DNA from: Nitrosopumilus sp.
GTDB taxonomy: Archaea; Thermoproteota; Nitrososphaeria; Nitrososphaerales; Nitrosopumilaceae
Length of the DNA stretch: 64,000 bases
NCBI GenBank assembly: GCA_965207075.1
Contig: CBDBLO010000002.1
Coordinates: 608,001 to 672,000 of the forward strand
Reading direction: 5' to 3'
The notes beneath the pieces are model-generated. The model ran no database searches. It had not been told where the DNA came from and worked only from the letters and a program-made list of their open reading frames with translations. Below are positions 28,733 to 37,719 of this stretch, one piece after another. A program made the translations under genes and the position numbers. The first letter of the stretch is position 1; each line of letters opens with the position of its first letter.

Positions 28733-29519
28733 AGTCTATCAGTGGATGGCTGCCTTTGAGCCTAATAATCTTCAGGTACAAGTAGCCGTGCTCGGTCGGG
28801 GCGTCCACGAACGCGGGCCCTGCATCGCTTTGTGTAGAGAACATCAGAAACGGCTTTGCGGGATCAGAGTCAAGCTCGACGTACGCAAAGAGCGCTGGCG
28901 CCTCCGCGTCGCCGTAGCCCTGCTCCAGCGTGGCGCCAAGAAGCCACTTGCGGCCACGCCGGAACAGGAGTAGCGGAAACGGAGAGTCCACGCGCCCCCA
29001 CATCATGCCGATCAAGCTGGAGAGATCCTCCAGTATTATGGGATGATACCTGTCCTCCGCGCCGCTATCTGGAAGCAGTATCCCCGGAAGCGATCTTATG
29101 CGTATTATCGGGGAGTATGCCATGCTCGAGTCGGACATCGCAGCGGACGTCCCGTGCTCCTCCCTTCCGCGCCTCAGACCGTAGTACAGGTGGTGCCCTG
29201 CCGCGGGACCGTCGCCGCCGTCAAACGGCACGTAGTATATGATGGGCCTGCCGCGCATCACGTCCGCCTGGGCGCAGAGAATGTTCACGTCGTCGTGCTT
29301 GTGGGCCATGCATGCAGAAGGCGCGCTTTCCAGCGCGCATACGAGCCGCGAAAAGTCGAGGCACGACTCAAGCTGGATATAGTACGGGCGTGTGCCCCAG
29401 TGATCTTCCACGCCCTCGGTGGCAGAGACCGATCCTGCCGCATCTCCCCTGTCTGCAGGCACGGTCGCCGCCGCCTCCGCTGTCTTCGTCGCCACAATCA
29501 GACCTGAGCGCAGTATCAA
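28719..29519 (-). CDS. Conserved hypothetical protein
   Basis: 266-aa ORF overlapping the pyrF start; start uncertain. Confidence 0.7.
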   Translation of the reverse strand: MILRSGLIVATKTAEAAATVPADRGDAAGSVSATEGVEDHWGTRPYYIQLESCLDFSRLVCALESAPSACMAHKHDDVNILCAQADVMRGRPIIYYVPFDGGDGPAAGHHLYYGLRRGREEHGTSAAMSDSSMAYSPIIRIRSLPGILLPDSGAEDRYHPIILEDLSSLIGMMWGRVDSPFPLLLFRRGRKWLLGATLEQGYGDAEAPALFAYVELDSDPAKPFLMFSTQSDAGPAFVDAPTEHGYLYLKIIRLKGSHPLIDYEDV

Positions 29520-29555
29520 ATTAAACCTATTAGAGCCATCCGAGCACGGGCCCCG

Positions 29556-30560
29556 TCATGCGGCGCGCCTGTCGATTACGTCCTCGACGCCGGGGCCCGT
29601 CCCTATGACGGCGGCCGGGATCCCCAGCGCGTCCTCTATGCCTGAGACGAACTTTTTTGCCTCGGCGGGAAGGTCGCCAAACGACCTGCCGCCTGCGCAC
29701 TCCGGATACAGTACGTCAAGCTTTGTCAGGGCAAACTGCGTCGCCCCGTTGAGCATCGCGGCCCGCGCGGCCAGGCTCATGTCAAAGTCCGCCGCGCGCC
29801 GCGGCCTGCCGGTTACTGTTCCGAACTCCGACCATCCCCTCTGCGAGGCCTCCTCGTCGGACAGGGCGTTTTCCAGGGGCCCTGTCCCCACACGCGTGAC
29901 ATACGACTTGAAGACCACCATGACCTCGTCCACCTTTGTGGGGCCCAGTCCGACGTCGGCGCATATGCCCGACGCGGTCACGTCCTTTGACGTCACGTAC
30001 GGGTACGTTCCGTGCCACAGCGACAGGAACGTGCCTTGGGTACCCTCCACCAGCACGTCCCGGCCCGCCGCAAGTGCCGAGTTTATCTCGTGGGGCACGT
30101 CGGCGATCATACCTGACAGGGACTCGACGTCGCGTGCAAGCCTCAACGTGCGCAACGCGCGGTCCGAGTTTGCAGGGCCGGTTCCGGAACCCGTGCTTCC
30201 TATCGTATCCTTGAGGCGGCCTCCCGAGTCCCTCTCGCGGTGAGCAGGGTCTATTATGCCGCAGTTGGCGTCCAGATACGCCTGCTTTTGCGCGCCAAAG
30301 TCCTCGACCTCCCTTAGCAGTACGTCGGGATCCACCACCACGCCGGGGCCTATCATCACCCTTGCACTGCGGTTGAGAAATCCGCTTGGCAGCATGCGCA
30401 CCTTGTACGTCCTTTCCCCGTCCCGTATGGTGTGCCCCGCGTTGGGGCCCGCGCCGCCCCTCACCACGATTCCCGGCGAGTCCCTGGTTGCAAGGTACGA
30501 GATGATCTTGCCCTTGCCCTCGTCCCCAAAGAATCCGCCAACCACTACGGTCGCTGCCAC
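29556..30560 (-). CDS. purA: Adenylosuccinate synthetase
   Basis: GDEGKGK, GPNAGHT, EGTQG, YPYVTS, GTVTGRPRR, TKLD. Confidence 0.96.
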   Translation of the reverse strand: MAATVVVGGFFGDEGKGKIISYLATRDSPGIVVRGGAGPNAGHTIRDGERTYKVRMLPSGFLNRSARVMIGPGVVVDPDVLLREVEDFGAQKQAYLDANCGIIDPAHRERDSGGRLKDTIGSTGSGTGPANSDRALRTLRLARDVESLSGMIADVPHEINSALAAGRDVLVEGTQGTFLSLWHGTYPYVTSKDVTASGICADVGLGPTKVDEVMVVFKSYVTRVGTGPLENALSDEEASQRGWSEFGTVTGRPRRAADFDMSLAARAAMLNGATQFALTKLDVLYPECAGGRSFGDLPAEAKKFVSGIEDALGIPAAVIGTGPGVEDVIDRRAA

Positions 30561-30749
30561 GGTACGGCGGGCGCATTGCATCTTAATTAATGTAGTATGG
30601 AGCAACCCGGCCGGGTGCCCGCGGCGCCGCGCATGGGGGCGCCCGGACGCGCTTGGTACCATCGCCATCGTCGCCATCGCCACAACTGTCCCCATCCTCG
30701 AAACCGCCGCGGCGGAGTCGTTATATTCTCGCCGCGCCGCCGCCATGTG

Positions 30750-31214
30750 ATGGCGACTGAAAACTTTGCCGGCAACATCATAGTCAGCTTGGCAAGCCTG
30801 CCGGACTTTCTGAGAAAGCCCATATTGACAAAGCGGATGAACGAATTCTTTGCGCTGTCGGAGCCTGAAAAGCAGGAGATCATACGCAATGCCCTGGAGG
30901 CGGGACCCACCGTGGATTTTGGCAGGTTTGAGAAACTCTTCAGGACATGGCTTGAGGTGCTGGCGGGACTGCCGCAGGACCGGCGGGCGGAGCTCGTGGG
31001 TGCGTACGCCGTGGAGATCTCGCAGAGTCCCGGACGACTGGTCGCCTTTAACATGGACGCCATATATGGCATATTCCTGACGCTGAGCCCCGACCAGCAG
31101 GAGTCAGTCGCCTCGTCCGTAAGGGACGCGGTCTCGGCGCTCGGCGCGCGGGATCAAAGAACGATCAGGATGATTGTGCCCGATGCGGCGCAGGCGCGCG
31201 TCGGCATCGCATGA
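30750..31214 (+). CDS. Conserved hypothetical helical protein
   Basis: MATENFAGNII...; TATA (TTATAT) at 30721. Confidence 0.75.
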   Translation: MATENFAGNIIVSLASLPDFLRKPILTKRMNEFFALSEPEKQEIIRNALEAGPTVDFGRFEKLFRTWLEVLAGLPQDRRAELVGAYAVEISQSPGRLVAFNMDAIYGIFLTLSPDQQESVASSVRDAVSALGARDQRTIRMIVPDAAQARVGIA

Positions 31215-31227
31215 CCGGCGGGGTACC

Positions 31228-31518
31228 CTAGGCCTGGGAACCCGGAGGGGGATCGTCCGGGCGCCGGTTGTCCTCGTTTGTGAAATCTATGACGTCGCCG
31301 TCAGGAGACATGACGCCGACGAATATCTTTTCGTTCTTGCGGAGCATCTTGCGGTGATCCGGCATGGACATGTCAAGCCGCATCTCGTTCATGACCATGA
31401 CGCGGTACTCTTTCCACTCGGCCCAGCACTTGTTGCACGTGGGATACTTTTCGGCCACCATGTCCAGAACCTCGGAGTCCGGTATCTGTAGCTTGCACTT
31501 GGTGCACTGCCGCCCCAT
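31228..31518 (-). CDS. Fe(II)-trafficking YggX-like protein
   Basis: CNKCWAEWKEYRVMVMNEMRLDMSMPDHRKML. Confidence 0.8.
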   Translation of the reverse strand: MGRQCTKCKLQIPDSEVLDMVAEKYPTCNKCWAEWKEYRVMVMNEMRLDMSMPDHRKMLRKNEKIFVGVMSPDGDVIDFTNEDNRRPDDPPPGSQA

Positions 31519-31557
31519 GGCGCACAGTCCCCGGACGGCTCTTTTATCTCTTATTGA

Positions 31558-33081
31558 GGAACTGCTTCCAGTCCGTGATATTAGCTGGGCATGCCGTAAT
31601 CGACAGCCCGGCCAAACACCGCGCCTGCACTCTGACGTTCTTTCTCCATTCCGCTGCGGGAAAGGGAACGCGCCTGCACTTGGCTCTCGTGCCCCCTCGC
31701 GGGGCCCCCGACCGCCTCTGAGAAGCAGTTGAGGCGCGCGTCCAGTTCGCGTCTTACGAGGGCCGTTCCTGCCCCCGTGGCCTGCCATTTTCTCGTCGTA
31801 TCACCGGGGTCTGTGGGCGGCAGGCCGTATCCCCCGATTACCATGGCCGCGTTGACGTCGGCCTGTTGAACGTAACTGCACTTGGTGCACCTGAACATGT
31901 CCCTCGTCACCCTCGAGGACTTGTCGACGTGCCCGCACCTCGCGCACTCCTGCGACGTGTACCTGGGGTCGACCGTGATGATCTGTATGCCCGCGAGCTC
32001 GGCGCGGTTTCGTATGCGCTGCTCGACGGCGCGGTGCCGTACGAAGCGCATCTCGCGGTTGAGCCCCCTCTTGTGGGAGCCGCGCCCCCTGCGGGTCATG
32101 CTTGATACCTTGAGGTCCTCGAGCACGATCACGCCGGGTGCGTGGTCGTCGCACACGTGCTTGGCCGCGATGCACTCCGCGTACTGGCGGCGGCTTCTGG
32201 TCTTCTGCAGGCGCCTGCGGAGCCGCGCGTGCAGCCTCCTGAGCCTGTTGGAGTGCTTGTTCATCTTGGACATCCTTGACTGCATTTTTTGGTATTCCGC
32301 GCGGCCGTCCCTGAACGGCGCGGCCGTGTCGTAGGAGTCCTTTGCGATTGCACTTCCCCCGCGGTCCATGGTCACGACCACCGTGGGCTCTGCGACGCCG
32401 CGGTCAACCCCCTTGACCGTCGCGTCCGCGGGCACGCCCCGCTGCGGCGGCATCCCGACGCGGCACGACACGTGCAGCACGTACCGGCCGCTCCGCGTCC
32501 TGGTGAACTCGTACGATCTTGGTTCGTGCTCCATGACCTCGTTGGGTACGGCCGCGCGGACCGTTCCAAACGACGGCAGCATGATGCCGTACCTGTCGAC
32601 TATGCGCGGCGCGAGCGCGCACCTCACGGAGATTGCGGAGTGCCGTTTCCTCGTGCGGTGCCTGAGGCCGCCGCGTCCGAACCTCGCTGCCAGTTTGTGC
32701 GCGGTGCATGCGTCTTGGATGCCCGCACGCTGTATCCCCGCGGGAATGGCGCGCATCCACTCCTGTTCCCGGCGCATGGCCGTCAGCTCCTTGTACAGCC
32801 CGTACTCGCTCACGGCATCGCCCGACATGATCCTCCCGACGGACCAGTTGTACGCGTGGCGCTGGGCGACGCGGTACGAGTCGATGAGGCGCACCTGGTC
32901 GGCCGCCAGCGATATGGCGACCCGGTACTTGCGGTATGCATGCAACACGTAACACGTAAGGTGATAATGTTATTATGCCTTGTTTCCAATGTGAGGGGCG
33001 CGCCGCCGTGTGGCTGCCGGCTGCATCCTGTCCGTTGGCCGGAGCATCAGTCCGGACATATCACGGATTGGAAGCGGAGCC
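31558..33081 (-). mobile_element. Inverted-repeat-bounded element carrying only tnpB
   Basis: 24-bp IRs GGAACTGCTTCCAGTCCGTGATAT (31558-31581) and revcomp GGCTCCGCTTCCAATCCGTGATAT (33058-33081), 20/24 match; no transposase. Confidence 0.65.
31581..32948 (-). CDS. tnpB: RNA-guided endonuclease TnpB
   Basis: RuvC-I GVDRG, RuvC-II VIVLEDL, Zn finger TSQECARCG...FRCTKC, RuvC-III ADVNAA. Confidence 0.93.
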   Translation of the reverse strand: MLHAYRKYRVAISLAADQVRLIDSYRVAQRHAYNWSVGRIMSGDAVSEYGLYKELTAMRREQEWMRAIPAGIQRAGIQDACTAHKLAARFGRGGLRHRTRKRHSAISVRCALAPRIVDRYGIMLPSFGTVRAAVPNEVMEHEPRSYEFTRTRSGRYVLHVSCRVGMPPQRGVPADATVKGVDRGVAEPTVVVTMDRGGSAIAKDSYDTAAPFRDGRAEYQKMQSRMSKMNKHSNRLRRLHARLRRRLQKTRSRRQYAECIAAKHVCDDHAPGVIVLEDLKVSSMTRRGRGSHKRGLNREMRFVRHRAVEQRIRNRAELAGIQIITVDPRYTSQECARCGHVDKSSRVTRDMFRCTKCSYVQQADVNAAMVIGGYGLPPTDPGDTTRKWQATGAGTALVRRELDARLNCFSEAVGGPARGHESQVQARSLSRSGMEKERQSAGAVFGRAVDYGMPS

Positions 33082-33124
33082 GGTTCTCACAAGTCATAAT
33101 AGTGGCCGGCGCCCATGGCCGCGC

Positions 33125-33337
33125 GTGAAGATAAAGTGCCCCAAGTGCAGGGAGGATGCGGTACTCTCACCAGACTTTGCCAAGGTAAAGTGCGGCACGT
33201 GCGAGTTTGACATGAGTTATGGGGACTATGTAGAGTATGTCGCGCACAACGATCCCACATACTCTGACATACTGAGCGACTATGCCGGGGCCGCCGGCAA
33301 GGGGCAGTCGTCCGGCACCCTCGACGAGTGGGACTAG
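33125..33337 (+). CDS. Small Zn-ribbon protein
   Basis: KIKCPKC...KCGTC, acidic C-terminus. Confidence 0.8.
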   Translation: MKIKCPKCREDAVLSPDFAKVKCGTCEFDMSYGDYVEYVAHNDPTYSDILSDYAGAAGKGQSSGTLDEWD

Positions 33338-33381
33338 GCAGTAGGACTAGAGACTAAATACTGCAACGACAATCAGACACC

Positions 33382-34227
33382 GTGGAGTTTCTGCTAGAGA
33401 ACATACTCAATATGATAGGGTTTATCGTGGGACTGGCCATAGGCCTGATGTCGCTGATCGGATTCCGCAATACCGGCAGTCCGACGCTCTTTAGGCTCAC
33501 AATCGCGTTCTTTGCCATAAGCGCCGGGTTCCTGATCATATGGGTCGGCTACCTGGCCGCGGATTTTGTGACAAAGTCCGGCGACATAGAGAGGTGGGTG
33601 CAGACCACCGGCATAATAGTCCAGACGGTCGGGTATTTCTTCATCGCCTTTTCACACAGCATCAAGGCCTTTCTGCCAAAGTCAAGCTACTTTAGGTCGG
33701 TGGGCGTGGTGCCGCTGTTCCTGATATCGTCCGTGCAGATAGAACACATATTCAGATCCATCTCGTTCATACTCTTGGCATACGGGGCCATCGAGACCAT
33801 ACTGTCGTATCTGGAAACCCGCAACCGCGGGGCCATATCGGTGGCGTCGGGGCTGGCGCTCTTGGCGCTCGGCGAGTTTCTCGGATGGTACTCGTTTGTA
33901 TTTCCAGAGTCCATACTGTACACGACGTCCATATCGATAAAGATCGCCGGGCTTGTTGCCCTCTTCATACCCGTAAGCAGGCTGCCGCTCACGCGCATAA
34001 GGGTCGACGACGGCCTGGATGGCGAGGGGGATGAGTGGGAAGAGGAAGAGGGGGAGGAGGAGGAGGAGGGGAGAGAAGATGACGGCGCGCGCCGCGAGGA
34101 AGGCAGGGAGGACGGAGGCGCCGATACGCACGGGCGCGGGCAGGAGCCGGCGGCAGAGGAGGCGCGGTCCGCACCGGCGCCAGGCGGCGGAAGCCCCGGG
34201 CGCGTGGAGCCGAAGGACGGCAGATGA
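33382..34227 (+). CDS. Multi-pass (about 7 TM) membrane protein with acidic tail
   Basis: Hydrophobic helices, then poly-E tail. Confidence 0.8.
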   Translation: MEFLLENILNMIGFIVGLAIGLMSLIGFRNTGSPTLFRLTIAFFAISAGFLIIWVGYLAADFVTKSGDIERWVQTTGIIVQTVGYFFIAFSHSIKAFLPKSSYFRSVGVVPLFLISSVQIEHIFRSISFILLAYGAIETILSYLETRNRGAISVASGLALLALGEFLGWYSFVFPESILYTTSISIKIAGLVALFIPVSRLPLTRIRVDDGLDGEGDEWEEEEGEEEEEGREDDGARREEGREDGGADTHGRGQEPAAEEARSAPAPGGGSPGRVEPKDGR

Positions 34228-34339
34228 CGCGATCGCAGGCAGCGGGCACGCCGCATGCAGAGTTAGTCAAGATCTTTTTGCTCTTTGGTTTACCAGTCAA
34301 AATCAGTACTTTATCATACAAGATGCGCGTATCATATGC

Positions 34340-34627
34340 ATGGCAGGATACCGCACCCGCATGGAAATAATCGGAGACATACTGTCCACGACCAGGGACG
34401 ACTGCCAGGACGAGCAGGGGGCCACCGTAACATACCTCATTAAGAAAGCCAACGTCTCGTACCCCCGGCTGTCCGAGATACTGAGCATGCTAGTCAAGCA
34501 GGGACTCTTGGAGGTGGACAGGACAAAGAACTCCAGCAAGTACCGGATAAGCGAGAACGGAAGAGAGTTCCTCCTGGCATACAACACGTTCACGGAGTTT
34601 TCAAGCGACTACGGCCTGAACATATGA
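34340..34627 (+). CDS. Winged-helix transcriptional regulator (HTH_45-like)
   Basis: YRTRMEIIGDIL, KANVSYPRL, YRISENGREFL. Confidence 0.9.
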   Translation: MAGYRTRMEIIGDILSTTRDDCQDEQGATVTYLIKKANVSYPRLSEILSMLVKQGLLEVDRTKNSSKYRISENGREFLLAYNTFTEFSSDYGLNI

Positions 34628-34668
34628 CGGCAGGCATGAGGCCGCCCGGCCAGAAGCGGGCTCCTCCG

Positions 34669-34866
34669 TCATGCCCGTGCAGGGTCACATACAGGGGGAG
34701 ACGCCGCCGGTGATTGTGGCGGCAGTTGTGGCGGCAAGGGTGGCGATGATGCCCGGCTGTATGGCAAGGGCTGCAACCCCGCCTCAAACTCGTCAAAGTC
34801 GTCCTCAAACTCGTCGTCAAAGTCGTCCTCGAACTCGGTGTCGCCGTAGTCGGTCGGGTCGGACAT
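34669..34866 (-). CDS. Small acidic repeat protein
   Basis: EFEDDFD repeated; AT-rich promoter-like stretch near 34890. Confidence 0.4.
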   Translation of the reverse strand: MSDPTDYGDTEFEDDFDDEFEDDFDEFEAGLQPLPYSRASSPPLPPQLPPQSPAASPPVCDPARA

Positions 34867-34975
34867 GCGCGCCCCGCCGCGGCGGCCGAATTAAAGCTTT
34901 GACGCGTCCCTGCAAGGCACGGCCACCCGAACGCGGCCCTGTACAAAATATTAGATGCGCCGGCGCAGCGCATAC

Positions 34976-35620
34976 ATGACAGAGGGCACCGGCGGCGAGG
35001 GGGCCATGACCAGGGTGGCCTGCGACGGTGACGGGATTGCCGCTGCCGCACGGCTGGTCAGAAGCGGGGGGGTCGTAATATTCCCGACCGATACGGTATA
35101 CGGCATAGGATGCGACCCCTACAACGCCAGGGCGGTCCAGAGGATATACGACATAAAGTCGAGGGAGCGGACAAAGCCGCTGCCCGTACTGGTCGATTCC
35201 GCCAGGACCGCCGGCAGGATATCCGTAATGGATGACGAGACGGTCCGGCGCATGGCAAGCAGGTTCTGGCCGGGCCCCCTTACGATGATCCTCGACGTGC
35301 GTGACAGGCGGCTTGCCGAATCCCTGAACCTTGGCGGGCACGGGGACGGGATCGCCCTCCGGGTCCCCGCCCACAAGTGTACCCGTATGCTGCTTGGCTC
35401 CTGCCGTATGATTGCAGGCACCAGCGCCAACGTGTCCGGCGCGGGGTCGACCGGCGATCCGGACGCGTGCGCCGGCGCAATGAAGGGATACGACATGATC
35501 CTCGACGGCGGAGTCATACGTGACCCCGCAGAGTCCACCGTCGTGGACGCCAGGGGCGGGCGCGTCACCATGATAAGGGAGGGCGGCCGGCTGAGCATGC
35601 AGGAGCTGCTAGGGGCATGA
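34976..35620 (+). CDS. sua5: L-threonylcarbamoyladenylate synthase (Sua5/TsaC)
   Basis: FPTDTVYGIG, IKSR...KPL, FWPGPLT, RVP, TSANVSG. Confidence 0.95.
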   Translation: MTEGTGGEGAMTRVACDGDGIAAAARLVRSGGVVIFPTDTVYGIGCDPYNARAVQRIYDIKSRERTKPLPVLVDSARTAGRISVMDDETVRRMASRFWPGPLTMILDVRDRRLAESLNLGGHGDGIALRVPAHKCTRMLLGSCRMIAGTSANVSGAGSTGDPDACAGAMKGYDMILDGGVIRDPAESTVVDARGGRVTMIREGGRLSMQELLGA

Positions 35621-36141
35621 ACCTGATCATAACGTGCGCGAGGCACACTGAGGAGGACGCGGCAGGCGAGCTTGCCAGAGTGCTGGAGTCGATGGGCGAC
35701 GACAGTCCCGACATTATGGTCACCCCCATGTCGGGGATCCTGACTGCCAGCACGGGGGTCGAGCCGGCGTCGGTCCCGGCCAAGTTCAGGGAGACGCTCG
35801 AGGACGAGCCGTGGTCGATAAGGTACTGCCTGAGGGTCATCCCGGTATTCGAGACCGTCAAGACAGACGTCGTGGAGATCGTTGGAGCGGCGACTGCGAT
35901 GGCCCTGCAAAAGATACCCGGGGATGCGACGTACAGGATCACGGTCGAAAAGCGCAACACGGGCGTCTCCGGAAGCGAGATAATATCCGGGATCGCCCGC
36001 GGCATCAGCAACCCAGTCTCACTTGAGCATGCCGACGCGACCGTGCTGGTAGAGGTACTGGGCGGGACCACCGGCATCTCCGTACTGCGCGACTCGGAGA
36101 TCTTTAGTGCAGAGAAGGTACGCCGCGGCATGAACGCGTGA
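35617..36141 (+). CDS. THUMP domain protein
   Basis: LRVIPV, YRITVEKR, VSLEHAD.TVLVEVLG. Confidence 0.88.
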   Translation: MNLIITCARHTEEDAAGELARVLESMGDDSPDIMVTPMSGILTASTGVEPASVPAKFRETLEDEPWSIRYCLRVIPVFETVKTDVVEIVGAATAMALQKIPGDATYRITVEKRNTGVSGSEIISGIARGISNPVSLEHADATVLVEVLGGTTGISVLRDSEIFSAEKVRRGMNA

Positions 36142-36215
36142 CTCACGCGGCGGAGGCGTTTAGCACCGCGGCATGAACGCGTGACTCACGCGGCGGAGGC
36201 GTTTAGCACCGCGGC
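36123..36215. repeat. Perfect 43-bp tandem duplication across two convergent stop codons
   Basis: 36123-36165 equals 36166-36208, followed by CCGCGGC microhomology. Confidence 0.95.
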
Positions 36216-36986
36216 GCGCTCTGCCAGGACGTCCTCAAGCGGCGTCTCAGACGGGGCCGAGTTTATAGTCCTCTTGGTGATGCGGAACTCTTTGCGCAGG
36301 AATCCCGCATTGTCTGCCGTGAACGGCTCGGTCAGAAGGGGCTCCAGTTCCCTGTACAGCGAGTCGAGCGCCCTTGCGGGCCCCATGGACACGACCAGAA
36401 AGGCGTCCGACGAGGAGGGCCTGATGCCTGCAGTCCTTATGGCGGCAGATATCTGCGTGGTGAGGGCAAACCGCATCAGGATGTCCGTCTCGACGCGGTT
36501 TGCAATCAGGATGCCCCTCTTGTCGGACTCTACTGACAGGGCCAGTATCTTTTGCGCGTGAGACCTGTTCAGTACGAACCTGGCGGACAGCGCCTGTATG
36601 CTCAGCCTTGGGTGGCGTCCGCGCAGATCATCGAGGAACGCGGAACCCGGCGGCCCCTCCGGCCGCACCGCCAGAACCTCCAGGCGCCTGCCCCCGATCT
36701 CAAACCGGACGCGCCCCCGGCCGCGGGCGCCCCCGTGTATCACCGGTATGACGCTGACCGTGTCGCCGCTTTTGGCAACAGAGTCCATGCCGTCGGCAGC
36801 AGAGGTGTCGATGCCGTTTATTGCGACAAGCGTGTTGCGCGGATCCAGTGCGGGGGCGCCCTCCACGCGCATGCCCTGCAGCACCTCAAAGATCCCGGTT
36901 ATCGTGATCTCGGATCTCTCTATGTGCACCCTGTCGGTGCCAAGCGACTTTTTTGCGCCGCCGACAAGCTCTACTGTAATCATCAT
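36186..36986 (-). CDS. cgi121: ThiS/MoaD ubiquitin-like domain fused to KEOPS subunit Cgi121
   Basis: LVAING...GDTVSVIPVIHGG, then ETDILMRFALTTQISAAI..AG. Confidence 0.88.
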   Translation of the reverse strand: MMITVELVGGAKKSLGTDRVHIERSEITITGIFEVLQGMRVEGAPALDPRNTLVAINGIDTSAADGMDSVAKSGDTVSVIPVIHGGARGRGRVRFEIGGRRLEVLAVRPEGPPGSAFLDDLRGRHPRLSIQALSARFVLNRSHAQKILALSVESDKRGILIANRVETDILMRFALTTQISAAIRTAGIRPSSSDAFLVVSMGPARALDSLYRELEPLLTEPFTADNAGFLRKEFRITKRTINSAPSETPLEDVLAERAAVLNASAA

Positions 36987-37024
36987 CCGTGGCCCGCCCG
37001 TGCAGGCCTTAAGACTGTATCAGA

Positions 37025-37498
37025 TCAGGCACTGCTTACGGCACTGTCGCTATCGCTTGCAGGCGGCGTGGTGGAATCCGCATCTGGTGCGGCTTCGACG
37101 TCTTTTGCGGCGGTATCGGTAGCATTGACAGCATCAGCATCAGCCGTGCCGGGTTCCTTGCCGTCGCCGTCATTCGCGCGTTCATCACCGCTGCCAGACG
37201 CGTCATCGCCCTGCTCGTCCTTTGCCGCGGCCGCCTTTGCCGCGGCAGCCTCCTCCTCGGCGACTCTCTGCGCCTCTTCCTCCTCGGCCCTCGCCCGCTC
37301 CTGCGCCTCTCGCGCCCTTGCTGCGCGGATCTCATTTTTGACCGTCTTTGTGATGTAGCCTGCAATCTCGTTCTTGAGTCCCTTTGAGCGTACGACGGAG
37401 ATGTAGTCAAGCGTCTTTTTGTTGTGGGCAAAATCTTCGCCGAACTCCGACCGGTGCTTCTCCAATACCTCGAGTGAGAGGCGTCTTACCCTGTCCAC
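37025..37498 (-). CDS. rps17e: 30S ribosomal protein S17e with acidic extension
   Basis: FGEDFAHNKK, SKGLKNEIAGYIT. Confidence 0.93.
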   Translation of the reverse strand: MDRVRRLSLEVLEKHRSEFGEDFAHNKKTLDYISVVRSKGLKNEIAGYITKTVKNEIRAARAREAQERARAEEEEAQRVAEEEAAAAKAAAAKDEQGDDASGSGDERANDGDGKEPGTADADAVNATDTAAKDVEAAPDADSTTPPASDSDSAVSSA

Positions 37499-37719
37499 AA
37501 CGCCACATGCTGCGGGGGTATTTTATACCTATGAGTCTCGCCGTGCCGCCGCAAGCTGGCGCGTGGGCCGAACAGGTTGGCCGCGCCACTCTTGCCGTTG
37601 CCGTCTCTACCACCATATCGCCATCATTGCCGTCATCATTGCCGTCATCATTGCCGCCATCGCATGCGGCCCGGCACACTGCAGCCGGAGCAGTGCGCGT
37701 CGCACCGGCCTACGAAGGA

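Noticed and set aside
30561-30746. Long N-terminal extensions in the ORF track for purA (also rtcB, tatD, NUDIX, thiL)
   Set aside because: They cross TATA-containing intergenic DNA or neighbouring genes; downstream starts fit the family N-termini better
31550-31560. 11-bp CTTATTGAGGA also found at 56217-56227 next to a related TIR
   Set aside because: Too short, and not positioned as a clean target-site duplication; may be chance
31581-32948. Cas12f/type V effector call
   Set aside because: No adjacent array or cas1/2/4; TnpB is the simpler call
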